NCBI GenBank assembly: GCA_964016885.1
Contig: OZ024743.1
Span: 34,286,001 to 34,350,000 of the forward strand
Length of the DNA stretch: 64,000 bases
Direction of reading: 5' to 3'
Source: Eledone cirrhosa
Lineage: Eukaryota
The stretch's first letter is position 1, and every line of letters begins with the position of its first letter. Shown here in pieces: positions 25,437 through 38,300 of the stretch. The notes beneath the pieces are model-generated. The model was not told where the DNA came from. It ran no database searches and saw nothing but the letters and a program-made list of their open reading frames with translations. The position numbers and the translations under genes are program-made.

Positions 25437-26930
25437 GTTATAAAGAGGAATTAGATCAATAGTATAAACTCTACTGACCTATATCACAAGAACGATCCAT
25501 ATGTAGCACAGAGGACTAAGAAGAGTGGGGTGCTTGGACGACGCGTCACCGCTAGAAGCCGATACATATAAGATGGAAATCAGTTACAATAATTAAAGAT
25601 AAGGAAAAATAAAAGATAAGGAAATTAAAGATAAGAGATAAAACGTAAAGGGTAGAGTCTAGAGGTAAGGATAAAATAAAGATAACAATAAAGTGATGAT
25701 AATATAAGAAAATATAAAAAAATAATAAAAAATAATAAAAAATAATAAAAATAAAAATGAGAATAAAATATGAGAATAAAAATAGGAGGTGATAAAAATA
25801 AAGATAAAAATAAAAATGAAACATAAAAGATAACACATTAAATAAGCAATGCAAATAAATGCAAATAAGTGTAGTTGTAGACAGTAAAGGTTTTCAGAGG
25901 TGACAGTTTAAGAATATTATCAACGAAAGTGAATGAGGTAGGCAGAGTCAGATATAGCGGGAGCCAGATAAAGCGATCATATAGTGGAATTCCATGTATC
26001 CATCACAGTATGGCAACAAGTGTTATAGGTGGCGTTCAAATGCAATTTATCTGTGTGGTTCACATAACTTATAGGTCGCTAAAGCAAAGCGTAGTGGAAA
26101 CAGGTGAAAGCAATCATCATGGATATCAGTAGAATATAACGTTTGCGTGTGTGTGTGTGTCAGTCTACATAGACCTACGTACATACGCACGCACTCATAT
26201 ATATATATATATATACATACATACATGTATCTACGTGTTCCATTCGTCCGTGTTACCCCTTACGATTACAATACCATCCACTCCAGTCTCTTGTTGGGAT
26301 CAATACTTCCGCATCATAGCTGTGGGGTTGTGATTCCATGCAATCCTAAGTTTCCCAGCATACCACGTGGTGTAACGAATCACTTAAATTATCCAAGTCA
26401 TACAAGTATAGATGAAACTATACATATTAAGCTGTAAGGTACATTCGGCGCATCCACAGTATCGCTTACTATATTCCAACCTGGTACAATGGTACTCCAA
26501 TATGTTCTAATTTAATTAATTAAATCAAATCAATTGACCGTTTAATTCCAGTCTTTACAACGTTCCAGTGCTTCTGTGTTCTTCACTTTGCCCACATTCA
26601 AAGATCCACACTCAGAATATGATGACGTAGTAAACATTTCGAATGTACATCATAACGCTCCTAGCAGGCTGGCCATTCCCTTGGGGGAAGGATAAGGGAG
26701 GTCAGTCTGGCCGTCTATTTACGAAGATACAGATTAAATCATTCCGCGATAGGGGGACAACTCTAGATTGCACCCATTTTGACCAAACCCGCCAGAGACA
26801 ATTAACGCAATATCAAATACCCGCGGTATGAGTTGTTTATATATATATATTGTTTTATGATGATATATAGCTCTGATTATTTAATTTATTAATTTTCATT
26901 GTGCCACAAAATGACCCGTTGCAAAACACG

Positions 26931-26962
<32 letters not shown>

Positions 26963-26988
26963 TGTATGTATGTATGTATGTATGTATG

Positions 26989-27040
<52 letters not shown>

Positions 27041-27043
<3 letters not shown>

Positions 27044-29934
27044 GGGTAGATAACAACAATGAGCCAGTGGAAAGAGACAGGAGTAATTATGAGTGACATA
27101 GAAACAACCATGAGGCTGTTGGTGGAAATAGAAATAGAAACAACACAACTAACAATAACAATAGCACTAGTACACATAAAGCAGCAGCCTGGAACTCTAC
27201 GTTTTATAATCCCTCCGATAAATCGTTCGAACTGCGACGAGTCCACGCCACGACTTTACCATTTAACAAACGCACGCAATTGCCGTCGCAGGTCGATGAA
27301 CAAACAGAAGCACAATTTAGTATAGCTAGATCCGAACTTAGAAATATTATAGAACAGTATAGCAAGAAGCATAATAGAATGGAGGCCCAGCAACTGGGAG
27401 AAAAATCTGTAAATGGCTTGCGTAAGCACATGCAGCGCTCACGTAATAGAGAGATAGCATGCTTTCCAACAGACAAGTCTGGCAGAATGTCGGTTGGCAG
27501 CCTGCCAAACTACATCCAGGCAATGCAACCCCACATCACTAACACAAGAGAGGTAACACCACAGGAGCATGAGGATAGAGAAAAAGCCCTCAATGCCCAT
27601 ATGGTGATGTGGACGAATATAATGCAGCCCAACAAAAGAACTGCCAACAACTTCCAGGCCTGGAACAATGACGTGCCGGCGTTGTATGGGCTTCGAAAAG
27701 ACCATAAAACGGGCTGTGACCCTGTCGCGGGACCACCAACACGGCCAGTCTGTGGAGCTAACATTGCTAGTAACTACAGACTGTCCTACTTCCTCTTCCT
27801 GATCATACGCCCCATCATTGAAATGTCCCCAGATGTATGTGACAGCACGGAGGACCTCCTCAGCAGAATCGGCGTGAGTAACCGAACTAGGGACCTAACA
27901 AACTGCATAATAGGCAGTATGGATGTTGTGTCCCTGTATCCATCTATTGACGTGGATTTTGCTGTGGAGAAATGCGTAGAAATGATCAGTGAGAGCAAGG
28001 TTGAGTTCCGTGGGATTGATACCAGTGAGCTGGGACTCCTACTTAAGCTTACCTATAGTAATAATTACCTAGACACATATGACCTTAGCAACCTGTGCCC
28101 TACAAGACCAGCAAGAGGCAGACCACCTACCATTACCTCAATGGCCAAGAAAACCCACACAGATAGATGGAACGGGTGGACCAGAGCCATACGGACACCC
28201 GAAAACCACGATGAACTGAAGAAAATGATTGCACATGCGGTAGGGGCCAGCATAAAACTAACCCTTAAGGAACATATGTTCAAGTTTAATGGATAACATA
28301 TGCCCAAGGGGAAGGAGCAGCCATTGGTGTTAGCATTGCAGGCGACATAGCTAACTTATTCATGGTAGGGTGGGACAGTAGACTTAAACTTAAACTTAAA
28401 GAACAATTAGAAGACCCCTTAACCCTGATAATGTACTCCCGCTACGTTGATGATATAAACATCGTAGTTAAGACACCCCCACTAGAGAACAGTCAGGAAC
28501 TAGAGAAAAACACAATGGAAAGCATCCAGCAAATAGCAAACTCCATCCACCAGAGCATTAGAGTTACTATAGACTACCCAAGTAAACACCCCAACCATCG
28601 ATTACCTGTACTAGACACAGAGCTCTGGTTAGATACCATTAACAACAAAAAACAAATCCTCCATTCCCATTATGCCAAACCCATGACTTCCAAACATCTG
28701 ATCCACCGAAACTCGGCCGTTTCGGACCATACCAAAATCAACATACTGATTGCGGATTTGGTACGGGTGATGAGAAATGTGTCCCGCATGTGCAACCCCG
28801 AAGAACTAGAGAGACACATACAACACTTCATCCACCGTATGCAGTTCTCTGGCTACAATCAGAGAGATAAAATCAGAGTGTATAGAGGAGCCAGAACCAA
28901 ATGGGAAAAAATGGTAAATAATGTCACAAATGGGACCTGCCCCTTGTATAGGAGCAAATTTTGGAATAGAATAGAAAGAACTAGGAATAAGGTTAATAGA
29001 ATAAACTCATGGTATGATAGCAATAAATACCAGAGTGTAATGTTCATCGATACAACCCCTAGAGGTGAATTAGCTTACAAATTTAGAAGGGCCCTAGATA
29101 AATATAAACTCAATATTAAGATAGTAGAAAGACCAGGTACCTCCGTAAAAACACTTATTAGCAAGACATACCCTTTTCAAAGACCCTCATGTATAGATAA
29201 GAAATGTATAACCTCTAAAATAAGCCCCCATATTAACTGTAAAACTAGAAATGTAGTGTATAGCATAAGATGTACTGAAGGACAATGTAGATATAAGAAT
29301 ATAGTGTACATAAGTGAGATAGCTCGTAGTATAGGGGAACGGATAAATGAACACTGGCGAGACCTTCAAGATAGTAAAGAATCATCTGTACTCTACCAAC
29401 ATGCTAAAATAGAACACAAGGGGAAATTAGAGAACATAGAAATAAAAATAGAATCTACACACAGAAAAGACGCAATGTTTAAACAAATCACAGAGGCAAT
29501 AAACATAAACGAACTCCAACCAAAATTAAATAGAAAACATGAATGAAACAGCAACATCACAACTTACAATTAAGGATAAAATGAAAACACACACTTACAT
29601 AGAACAAACAACCAACCAGTAACATGTAAATAAACAAATAAATGAACATAAACACACACAGACACCCGGATGTGGCACATGCGCAAACTAAGCAAACAAA
29701 ACACACAAAAACAAGATGGCGTAGGACAGTACAAAGGAGAGGCACAAAAACAAAGAAAAGAATCCTAGTCACTGAAGAGGTCACAGAATGTGTGATGAAA
29801 GAACTTTGACAATATATAAACAATCATCTTGTTGTGGAACCAACCAACCAACCGGAAATTTATAAATTCCTAAATTTATAAATTTATTATAATAAATTGA
29901 AGTGAAAGCAACTGGTGCGTGTGTCTCCCAAAAT

Positions 29935-29941
<7 letters not shown>
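27041..29941 (+). mobile_element. Penelope-like element (RT + C-terminal GIY-YIG; possibly Naiad-like), 5'-truncated, between (TA)n tracts
   Basis: RT and GIY-YIG motifs, 3' UTR with hammerhead-like core, both ends abut (TA)n. Confidence 0.9.
27280..29546 (+). pseudogene. PLE RT-GIY-YIG ORF with one frameshift near 28295
   Basis: TDKSG, LYGLRKDHK, RPVC, SMDVVSLYPSI, FKFNG / TYAQGEGAAIG (shifted frame), RYVDD, LPVLD, CKTRNVVYSIRC...YISE...ERINEH; the frame stays open upstream to about 27095. Confidence 0.9.
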
Positions 29942-29989
<48 letters not shown>

Positions 29990-29995
29990 CAATTG

Positions 29996-30058
<63 letters not shown>

Positions 30059-30226
30059 ATATTTTGGGAGACACACGCACCAGTTGCTTTCACTTAAATT
30101 TATTATAATAAATTTATAAATTTAGGAATTTATAAATTTCCGGTTGGTTGGTTCGTTCCACAACCAGATGATTGTTTATATATTGTCAAAGTTCTTTCAT
30201 CACACATTCTGTGACCTCTTCAGTGA
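29769..30226. repeat. Tail-to-tail inverted duplication of the PLE 3' end around a (TA)n centre
   Basis: 29769-29941 versus reverse complement of 30054-30226 differ at about 4 positions. Confidence 0.92.
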
Positions 30227-30234
30227 GTGGGATT

Positions 30235-30272
<38 letters not shown>

Positions 30273-30516
30273 ATTCTAGCTTCAACTTTTCGCCTTAACC
30301 CTCAACCCAGACAGAGATTTATCAACTTCTCAACATGTTTTTCATGTGTCCATCTTTTCACCTATCATCTTTTAACTTTCTCACCCAGTCCGCCTTTCAT
30401 GTGAATCCTATTATTTTCACACAAAGCGACTCACGGAAAACTACATGATTCTCTAATCTATAAAGGAAGGTACAATTTGTACGCAGGGGAACAGGTGTAC
30501 AAATTGTACCCGGCAG

Positions 30517-30705
30517 GGGATTGGCAGTATCGGTAGAAGGTCGGATGCCATGCTTTGCAGCATAGAGTTACGCCCCTTTATAGTCTGAGTTCAAATCCCG
30601 CCGAGGTTAACTTTGCCTTTCAACGTTACGGTGTCGATAAAATAAAGTACCAGTAATACACTGATGTAATTGCTGGCCTTGTGCCAAAAATAGAAACAAT
30701 TATTA
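30517..30705 (+). mobile_element. tRNA-derived SINE
   Basis: A/B box, core and tail motifs. Confidence 0.85.
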
Positions 30706-31088
30706 TTTTCCCAATAGTATATAGTGATATTGGCTTATCATTACTGGCAATGGAGTACATGTTTATAGAGAACATGCTTCAACTGACATATAACCACGTG
30801 GCTTTCGTCAATCGCAATAAAACAAAGTGATTAAAAATATCAAAGAAACATATTTTGAACCCTTTCTAATCAGGAACAACTCACACCTAAAAACTTTACA
30901 TTTACAGGTGCTAATCATCATAATCCCTGATAATTGCTCAGTCTTTCCAGTACGATTATGAGAGAGACAGACAGGGGATAATAGAGATGAACTGAAGCGT
31001 GGAATATTGTATGGGGCATATGTTAACATGACAAAACAATAACGATATACCGATGCAACAAGAAATCAACTGATACAATATACAATAA

Positions 31089-31122
<34 letters not shown>

Positions 31123-31225
31123 TTGATGATGATGATGATGATGAAAATGATGATGATGATGACGATGATGGCGGTGATGATGATGATGATGATGATGATG
31201 ACGTCGACAACGATGTCAATCATGT
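31089..31225. repeat. (GAT)n microsatellite
   Basis: Visible run. Confidence 0.9.
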
Positions 31226-32322
31226 TGATAATGGTGGTTATATTATATAGATACCGAATGATAACGATGGCGATGAAGAATATGTGTTATTGTTGCTGTT
31301 TAGACTCGGGTCAGCCCTGATGGAGCAATAACTTGTATGATGAAAGGGGTTTCAGTCGGGACCTTGATAACCCAATTCTTTTTTTCAGACATCATTTAAC
31401 TTGGGCTATGTTATCCTAGATGTCCTTCTTTTAAGACTATGTTTTTTTTTATTTCACGGAAATTTGGCTGCTATTTCTAATCGAGCTCTCTTGTTGGTTC
31501 AATGATTATATCAATGGGAATGATAATGGTCATAATGATAAGACCGGGGCTGATGATGATGCCGGCGATGACGATGATACTGGTGGTGGTGGTGGTGGTG
31601 GGTTTGGTGGTGATGTTGGTGATGATGATGAGGAGAAAACTGGTGGAGATGGTGACGAAGGTGGGGCAATTTCCGTTAATCTTCTGGATTAACTTGTGAT
31701 TAACTTTAGTTAAATCCTTCACTCAAGTTACAATTGGTTTATCTCAAGCCTACTGCTGGTCCAGCAACAGGCTAATTAAACTGTATATAATCCACACTAA
31801 TTCCATCCATCCATCCAGTCAACCAGCCAGCCAGACAGACAGACAGCCTATTAACACAGCCATCTACAACAATATCGCCTCCACCGCTACCATCAATAAC
31901 ACTACCACAACAACAACTAATATAACTTCACAATGACTACTAATGCACTTACCACCAACAACAAAATCACCCCTGCCAACATCTTCATCACTACGAATGC
32001 CACCACCACTAACACCAGCACCACCACCAATACACTAACGCCACTATGACCACCACCAACAACACTACTACCAATACCTGCCCCAACACTAATGCCAATC
32101 ATTACCACCAGCAGCAATGTATACACAACTACTGCCGTAACTAACATCATTAAAACTAGCACTACAACCATCACCATCATCAAAATGATCACTACTACTA
32201 TTACAACTATTACTACAATAACTACTATGAACCTCCATCTTCTCCACCCCTGGTACTACTACTCCCACCATCGCAAAGGTATTATCGACTCTACTAATAT
32301 TGATTTCTAATATAGGCAAAAG

Positions 32323-35300
32323 TTGGTGAATTAGCAGAGTAGTTAGAACGTCGGATAGAATGGCAGAGTGGTTAGAACGTCGGATAGAATGGCAGAGTGG
32401 TTAGAACGTCAGATAGAATGGCAGAGTAGTTAGAACGTCGGATAGAATGGCAGAGTGGTTAGAACGTCGGATAGAATGGCAGAGTGGTTAGAACGGCTGA
32501 TAGAATGGCAGAGTGGTTAGAACGTCAGATAGAATGGCAGAGTGGTTAGAACGTCAGATAGAATGGCAGAGAAGTTAGAACGTCGGATAGAATGGCAGAG
32601 TGGTTAGAACGTCAGATAGAATGGCAGAGTGGTTAGAACGGCTGATAGAATGGCAGAGTGGTTAGAACGGCTGATAGAATGGCAGAGTGGTTAGAACGGC
32701 TGATAGAATGGCAGAGTGGTTAGAACGTCGGATAGAATGGCAGAGTGGTTAGAACGGCTGATAGAATGGCAGAGTGGTTAGAACGGCTGATAGAATGGCA
32801 GAGTGGTTAGAACGTCGGATAGAATGGCAGAGTGGTTAGAACATCAGATAGAATGGCAGAGTGGTTAGAACGTCGGATAGAATGGCAGAGTGGTTAGAAC
32901 ATCGGATAGAATGGCAGAGTGGTTAGAACGGCTGATAGAATGGCAGAGTGGTTAGAACGTCAGATAGAATGGCAGAGTGGTTAGAACGTCAGATAGAATG
33001 GCAGAGAAGTTAGAACGGCTGATAGAATGGCAGAGTGGTTAGAACGTCAGATAGAATGGCAGAGTGGTTAGAACGTCGGATAGAATGGCAGAGTCGTTAG
33101 AACATCAGATAGAATGGCAGAGTGGTTAGAACGGCTGATAGAATGGCAGAGTCGTTAGAACGTCGGATAGAATGGCAGAGTCGTTAGAACGTCGGATAGA
33201 ATGGCAGAGTGGTTAGAACGTCGAATAGAATGGCAGAGTGGTTAGAACGGCTGATAGAATGGCAGAGTGGTTAGAACGTCGGATAGAATGGCAGAGTGGT
33301 TAGAACGTCGGATAGAATGGCAGAGTGGTTAGAACGTCGGATAGAATGGCAGAGTGGTTAGAACATCAGATAGAATGGCAGAGTGGTTAGAACGTCGGAT
33401 AGAATGGCAGAGTGGTTAGAACGTCGGATAGAATGGCAGAGTGGTTAGAACGTCGGATAGAATGGCAGAGTGGTTAGAACGTCGGATAGAATGGCAGAGT
33501 GGTTAGAACATCAGATAGAATGGCAGAGTGGTTAGAACGGCTGATAGAATGGCAGAGTGGTTAGAACGGCTGATAGAATGGCAGAGTCGTTAGAACGTCG
33601 GATAGAATGGCAGAGTCGTTAGAACGTCGGATAGAATGGCAGAGTGGTTAGAACGTCGGATAGAATGGCAGAGTCGTTAGAACGTCGGATAGAATGGCAG
33701 AGTGGTTAGAACGTCGGATAGAATGGCAGAGTGGTTAGAACGGCTGATAGAATGGCAGAGTGGTTAGAACGTCGGATAGAATGGCAGAGTGGTTAGAACG
33801 TCGGATAGAATGGCAGAGTGGTTAGAACGTCGGATAGAATGGCAGAGTGGTTAGAACATCAGATAGAATGGCAGAGTGGTTAGAACGTCGGATAGAATGG
33901 CAGAGTGGTTAGAACGTCGGATAGAATGGCAGAGTGGTTAGAACGTCGGATAGAATGGCAGAGTGGTTAGAACGTCGGATAGAATGGCAGAGTGGTTAGA
34001 ACATCAGATAGAATGGCAGAGTGGTTAGAACGGCTGATAGAATGGCAGAGTGGTTAGAACGGCTGATAGAATGGCAGAGTCGTTAGAACGTGGGATAGAA
34101 TGGCAGAGTCGTTAGAACGTCGGATAGAATGGCAGAGTCGTTAGAACGTCGGATAGAATGGCAGAGTGGTTAGAACGGCTGATAGAATGGCAGAGTGGTT
34201 AGAACGGCTGATAGAATGGCAGAGTGGTTAGAACGGCTGATAGAATGGCAGAGTGGTTAGAACGGCTGATAGAATGGCAGAGTGGTTAGAACGGCTGATA
34301 GAATGTCAGAGTCGTTAGAACGGCTGATAGAATGACAGAGTCGTTAGAACGTCGGATAGAATGGCAGAGTGGTTAGAACATCAGATAGAATGGCAGAGTG
34401 GTTAGAACGTCAGATAGAATGGCAGAGTGGTTAGAACGTCAGATAGAATGGCAGAGTGGTTAGAACGGCTGATAGAATGGCAGAGTGGTTAGAACGGCTG
34501 ATAGAATGTCAGAGTCGTTAGAACGGCTGATAGAATGGCAGAGTCGTTAGAACGTCGGATAGAATGGCAGAGTGGTTAGAACGTCAGATAGAATGGCAGA
34601 GTGGTTAGAACGTCAGATAGAATGGCAGAGTGGTTAGAACGGCTGATAGAATGGCAGAGTGGTTAGAACGGCTGATAGAATGGCAGAGTGGTTAGAACGG
34701 CTGATAGAATGTCAGAGTCGTTAGAACGGCTGATAGAATGACAGAGTCGTTAGAACGTCGGATAGAATGGCAGAGTGGTTAGAACATCAGATAGAATGGC
34801 AGAGTGGTTAGAACGTCAGATAGAATGGCAGAGTGGTTAGAACGGCTGATAGAATGGCAGAGTGGTTAGAACGTCGGATAGAATGGCAGAGTGGTTAGAA
34901 CGTCAGATAGAATGGCAGAGTGGTTAGAACGTCGGATAGAATGGCAGAGTCGTTAGAACGTCAGATAGAATGGCAGAGTGGTTAGAACATCAGATAGAAT
35001 GGCAGAGTGGTTAGAACGTCAGATAGAATGGCAGAGTGGTTAGAACGGCTGATAGAATGGCAGAGTGGTTAGAACGTCGGATAGAATGGCAGAGTGGTTA
35101 GAACGTCAGATAGAATGGCAGAGTGGTTAGAACGGCTGATAGAATGGCAGAGTGGTTAGAACGGCTGATAGAATGTCAGAGTCGTTAGAACGGCTGATAG
35201 AATGGCAGAGTCGTTAGAACGTCGGATAGAATGGCAGAGTGGTTAGAACGTCGGATAGAATGGCAGAGTGGTTAGAACATCAGATAGAATGGCAGAGTGG

Positions 35301-38300
35301 TTAGAACGGCTGATAGAATGGCAGAGTGGTTAGAACGGCTGATAGAATGGCAGAGTGGTTAGAACGGCTGATAGAATGGCAGAGTGGTTAGAACGTCAGA
35401 TAGAATGGCAGAGTGGTTAGAACGTTGGATAGAATGGCAGAGTCGTTAGAACATCAGATAGAATGGCAGAGTGGTTAGAACGGCTGATAGAATGGCAGAG
35501 TGGTTAGAACGTCGGATAGAATGGCAGAGTCGTTAGAACGTCGGATAGAATGGCAGAGTGGTTAGAACGTCGGATAGAATGTCAGAGTCGTTAGAACGGC
35601 TGATAGAATGGCAGAGTGGTTAGAACGTCGGATAGAATGGCAGAGTCGTTAGAACGTCGGATAGAATGGCAGAGTGGTTAGAACGTCGAATAGAATGGCA
35701 GAGTGGTTAGAACGGCTGATAGAATGGCAGAGTGGTTAGAACGTCGGATAGAATGGCAGAGTGGTTAGAACGTCGGATAGAATGGCAGAGTGGTTAGAAC
35801 GTCGGATAGAATGGCAGAGTGGTTAGAACATCAGATAGAATGGCAGAGTGGTTAGAACGTCGGATAGAATGGCAGAGTGGTTAGAACGTCGGATAGAATG
35901 GCAGAGTGGTTAGAACGTCGGATAGAATGGCAGAGTGGTTAGAACATCAGATAGAATGGCAGAGTGGTTAGAACGGCTGATAGAATGGCAGAGTGGTTAG
36001 AACGGCTGATAGAATGGCAGAGTGGTTAGAACGGCTGATAGAATGGCAGAGTCGTTAGAACGTCGGATAGAATGGCAGAGTCGTTAGAACGTCGGATAGA
36101 ATGGCAGAGTCGTTAGAACGTCGGATAGAATGGCAGAGTGGTTAGAACGGCTGATAGAATGGCAGAGTGGTTAGAATGGCTGATAGAATGGCAGAGTGGT
36201 TAGAACGGCTGATAGAATGGCAGGGTGGTTAGAACGGCTGATAGAATGGCAGAGTGGTTAGAACGGCTGATAGAATGTCAGAGTCGTTAGAACGGCTGAT
36301 AGAATGACAGAGTCGTTAGAACGTCGGATAGAATGGCAGAGTGGTTAGAACATCAGATAGAATGGCAGAGTGGTTAGAACGTCAGATAGAATGGCAGAGT
36401 GGTTAGAACGTCAGATAGAATGGCAGAGTGGTTAGAACGGCTGATAGAATGGCAGAGTGGTTAGAACGGCTGAGAGAATGTCAGAGTCGTTAGAACGGCT
36501 GATAGAATGGCAGAGTCGTTAGAACGTCGGATAGAATGGCAGAGTGGTTAGAACGTCAGATAGAATGGCAGAGTGGTTAGAACGTCAGATAGAATGGCAG
36601 AGTGGTTAGAACGGCTGATAGAATGGCAGAGTGGTTAGAACGGCTGATAGAATGGCAGAGTGGTTAGAACGGCTGATAGAATGTCAGAGTCGTTAGAACG
36701 GCTGATAGAATGACAGAGTCGTTAGAACGTCGGATAGAATGGCAGAGTGGTTAGAACATCAGATAGAATGGCAGAGTGGTTAGAACGTCAGATAGAATGG
36801 CAGAGTGGTTAGAACGGCTGATAGAATGGCAGAGTGGTTAGAACGTCGGATAGAATGGCAGAGTGGTTAGAACGTCAGATAGAATGGCAGAGTGGTTAGA
36901 ACGTCGGATAGAATGGCAGAGTCGTTAGAACGTCAGATAGAATGGCAGAGTGGTTAGAACATCAGATAGAATGGCAGAGTGGTTAGAACGTCAGATAGAA
37001 TGGCAGAGTGGTTAGAACGGCTGATAGAATGGCAGAGTGGTTAGAACGTCGGATAGAATGGCAGAGTGGTTAGAACGTCAGATAGAATGGCAGAGTGGTT
37101 AGAACGGCTGATAGAATGGCAGAGTGGTTAGAACGGCTGATAGAATGTCAGAGTCGTTAGAACGGCTGATAGAATGGCAGAGTCGTTAGAACGTCGGATA
37201 GAATGGCAGAGTGGTTAGAACGTCGGATAGAATGGCAGAGTGGTTAGAACATCAGATAGAATGGCAGAGTGGTTAGAACGGCTGATAGAATGGCAGAGTG
37301 GTTAGAACGGCTGATAGAATGGCAGAGTGGTTAGAACGGCTGATAGAATGGCAGAGTGGTTAGAACGTCAGATAGAATGGCAGAGTGGTTAGAACGTTGG
37401 ATAGAATGGCAGAGTCGTTAGAACATCAGATCGAATGGCAGAGTGGTTAGAACGGCTGATAGAATGGCAGAGTGGTTAGAACGTCGGATAGAATGGCAGA
37501 GTCGTTAGAACGTCGGATAGAATGGCAGAGTGGTTAGAACGTCGGATAGAATGTCAGAGTCGTTAGAACGGCTGATAGAATGGCAGAGTGGTTAGAACGT
37601 CGGATAGAATGGCAGAGTCGTTAGAACGTCGGATAGAATGGCAGAGTGGTTAGAACGTCGAATAGAATGGCAGAGTGGTTAGAACGGCTGATAGAATGGC
37701 AGAGTGGTTAGAACGTCGGATAGAATGGCAGAGTGGTTAGAACGTCGGATAGAATGGCAGAGTGGTTAGAACGTCGGATAGAATGGCAGAGTGGTTAGAA
37801 CATCAGATAGAATGGCAGAGTGGTTAGAACGTCGGATAGAATGGCAGAGTGGTTAGAACGTCGGATAGAATGGCAGAGTGGTTAGAACGTCGGATAGAAT
37901 GGCAGAGTGGTTAGAACGTCGGATAGAATGGCAGAGTGGTTAGAACATCAGATAGAATGGCAGAGTGGTTAGAACGGCTGATAGAATGGCAGAGTGGTTA
38001 GAACGGCTGATAGAATGGCAGAGTGGTTAGAACGGCTGATAGAATGGCAGAGTCGTTAGAACGTCGGATAGAATGGCAGAGTCGTTAGAACGTCGGATAG
38101 AATGGCAGAGTCGTTAGAACGTCGGATAGAATGGCAGAGTGGTTAGAACGGCTGATAGAATGGCAGAGTGGTTAGAATGGCTGATAGAATGGCAGAGTGG
38201 TTAGAACGGCTGATAGAATGGCAGGGTGGTTAGAACGGCTGATAGAATGGCAGAGTGGTTAGAACGGCTGATAGAATGTCAGAGTCGTTAGAACGGCTGA

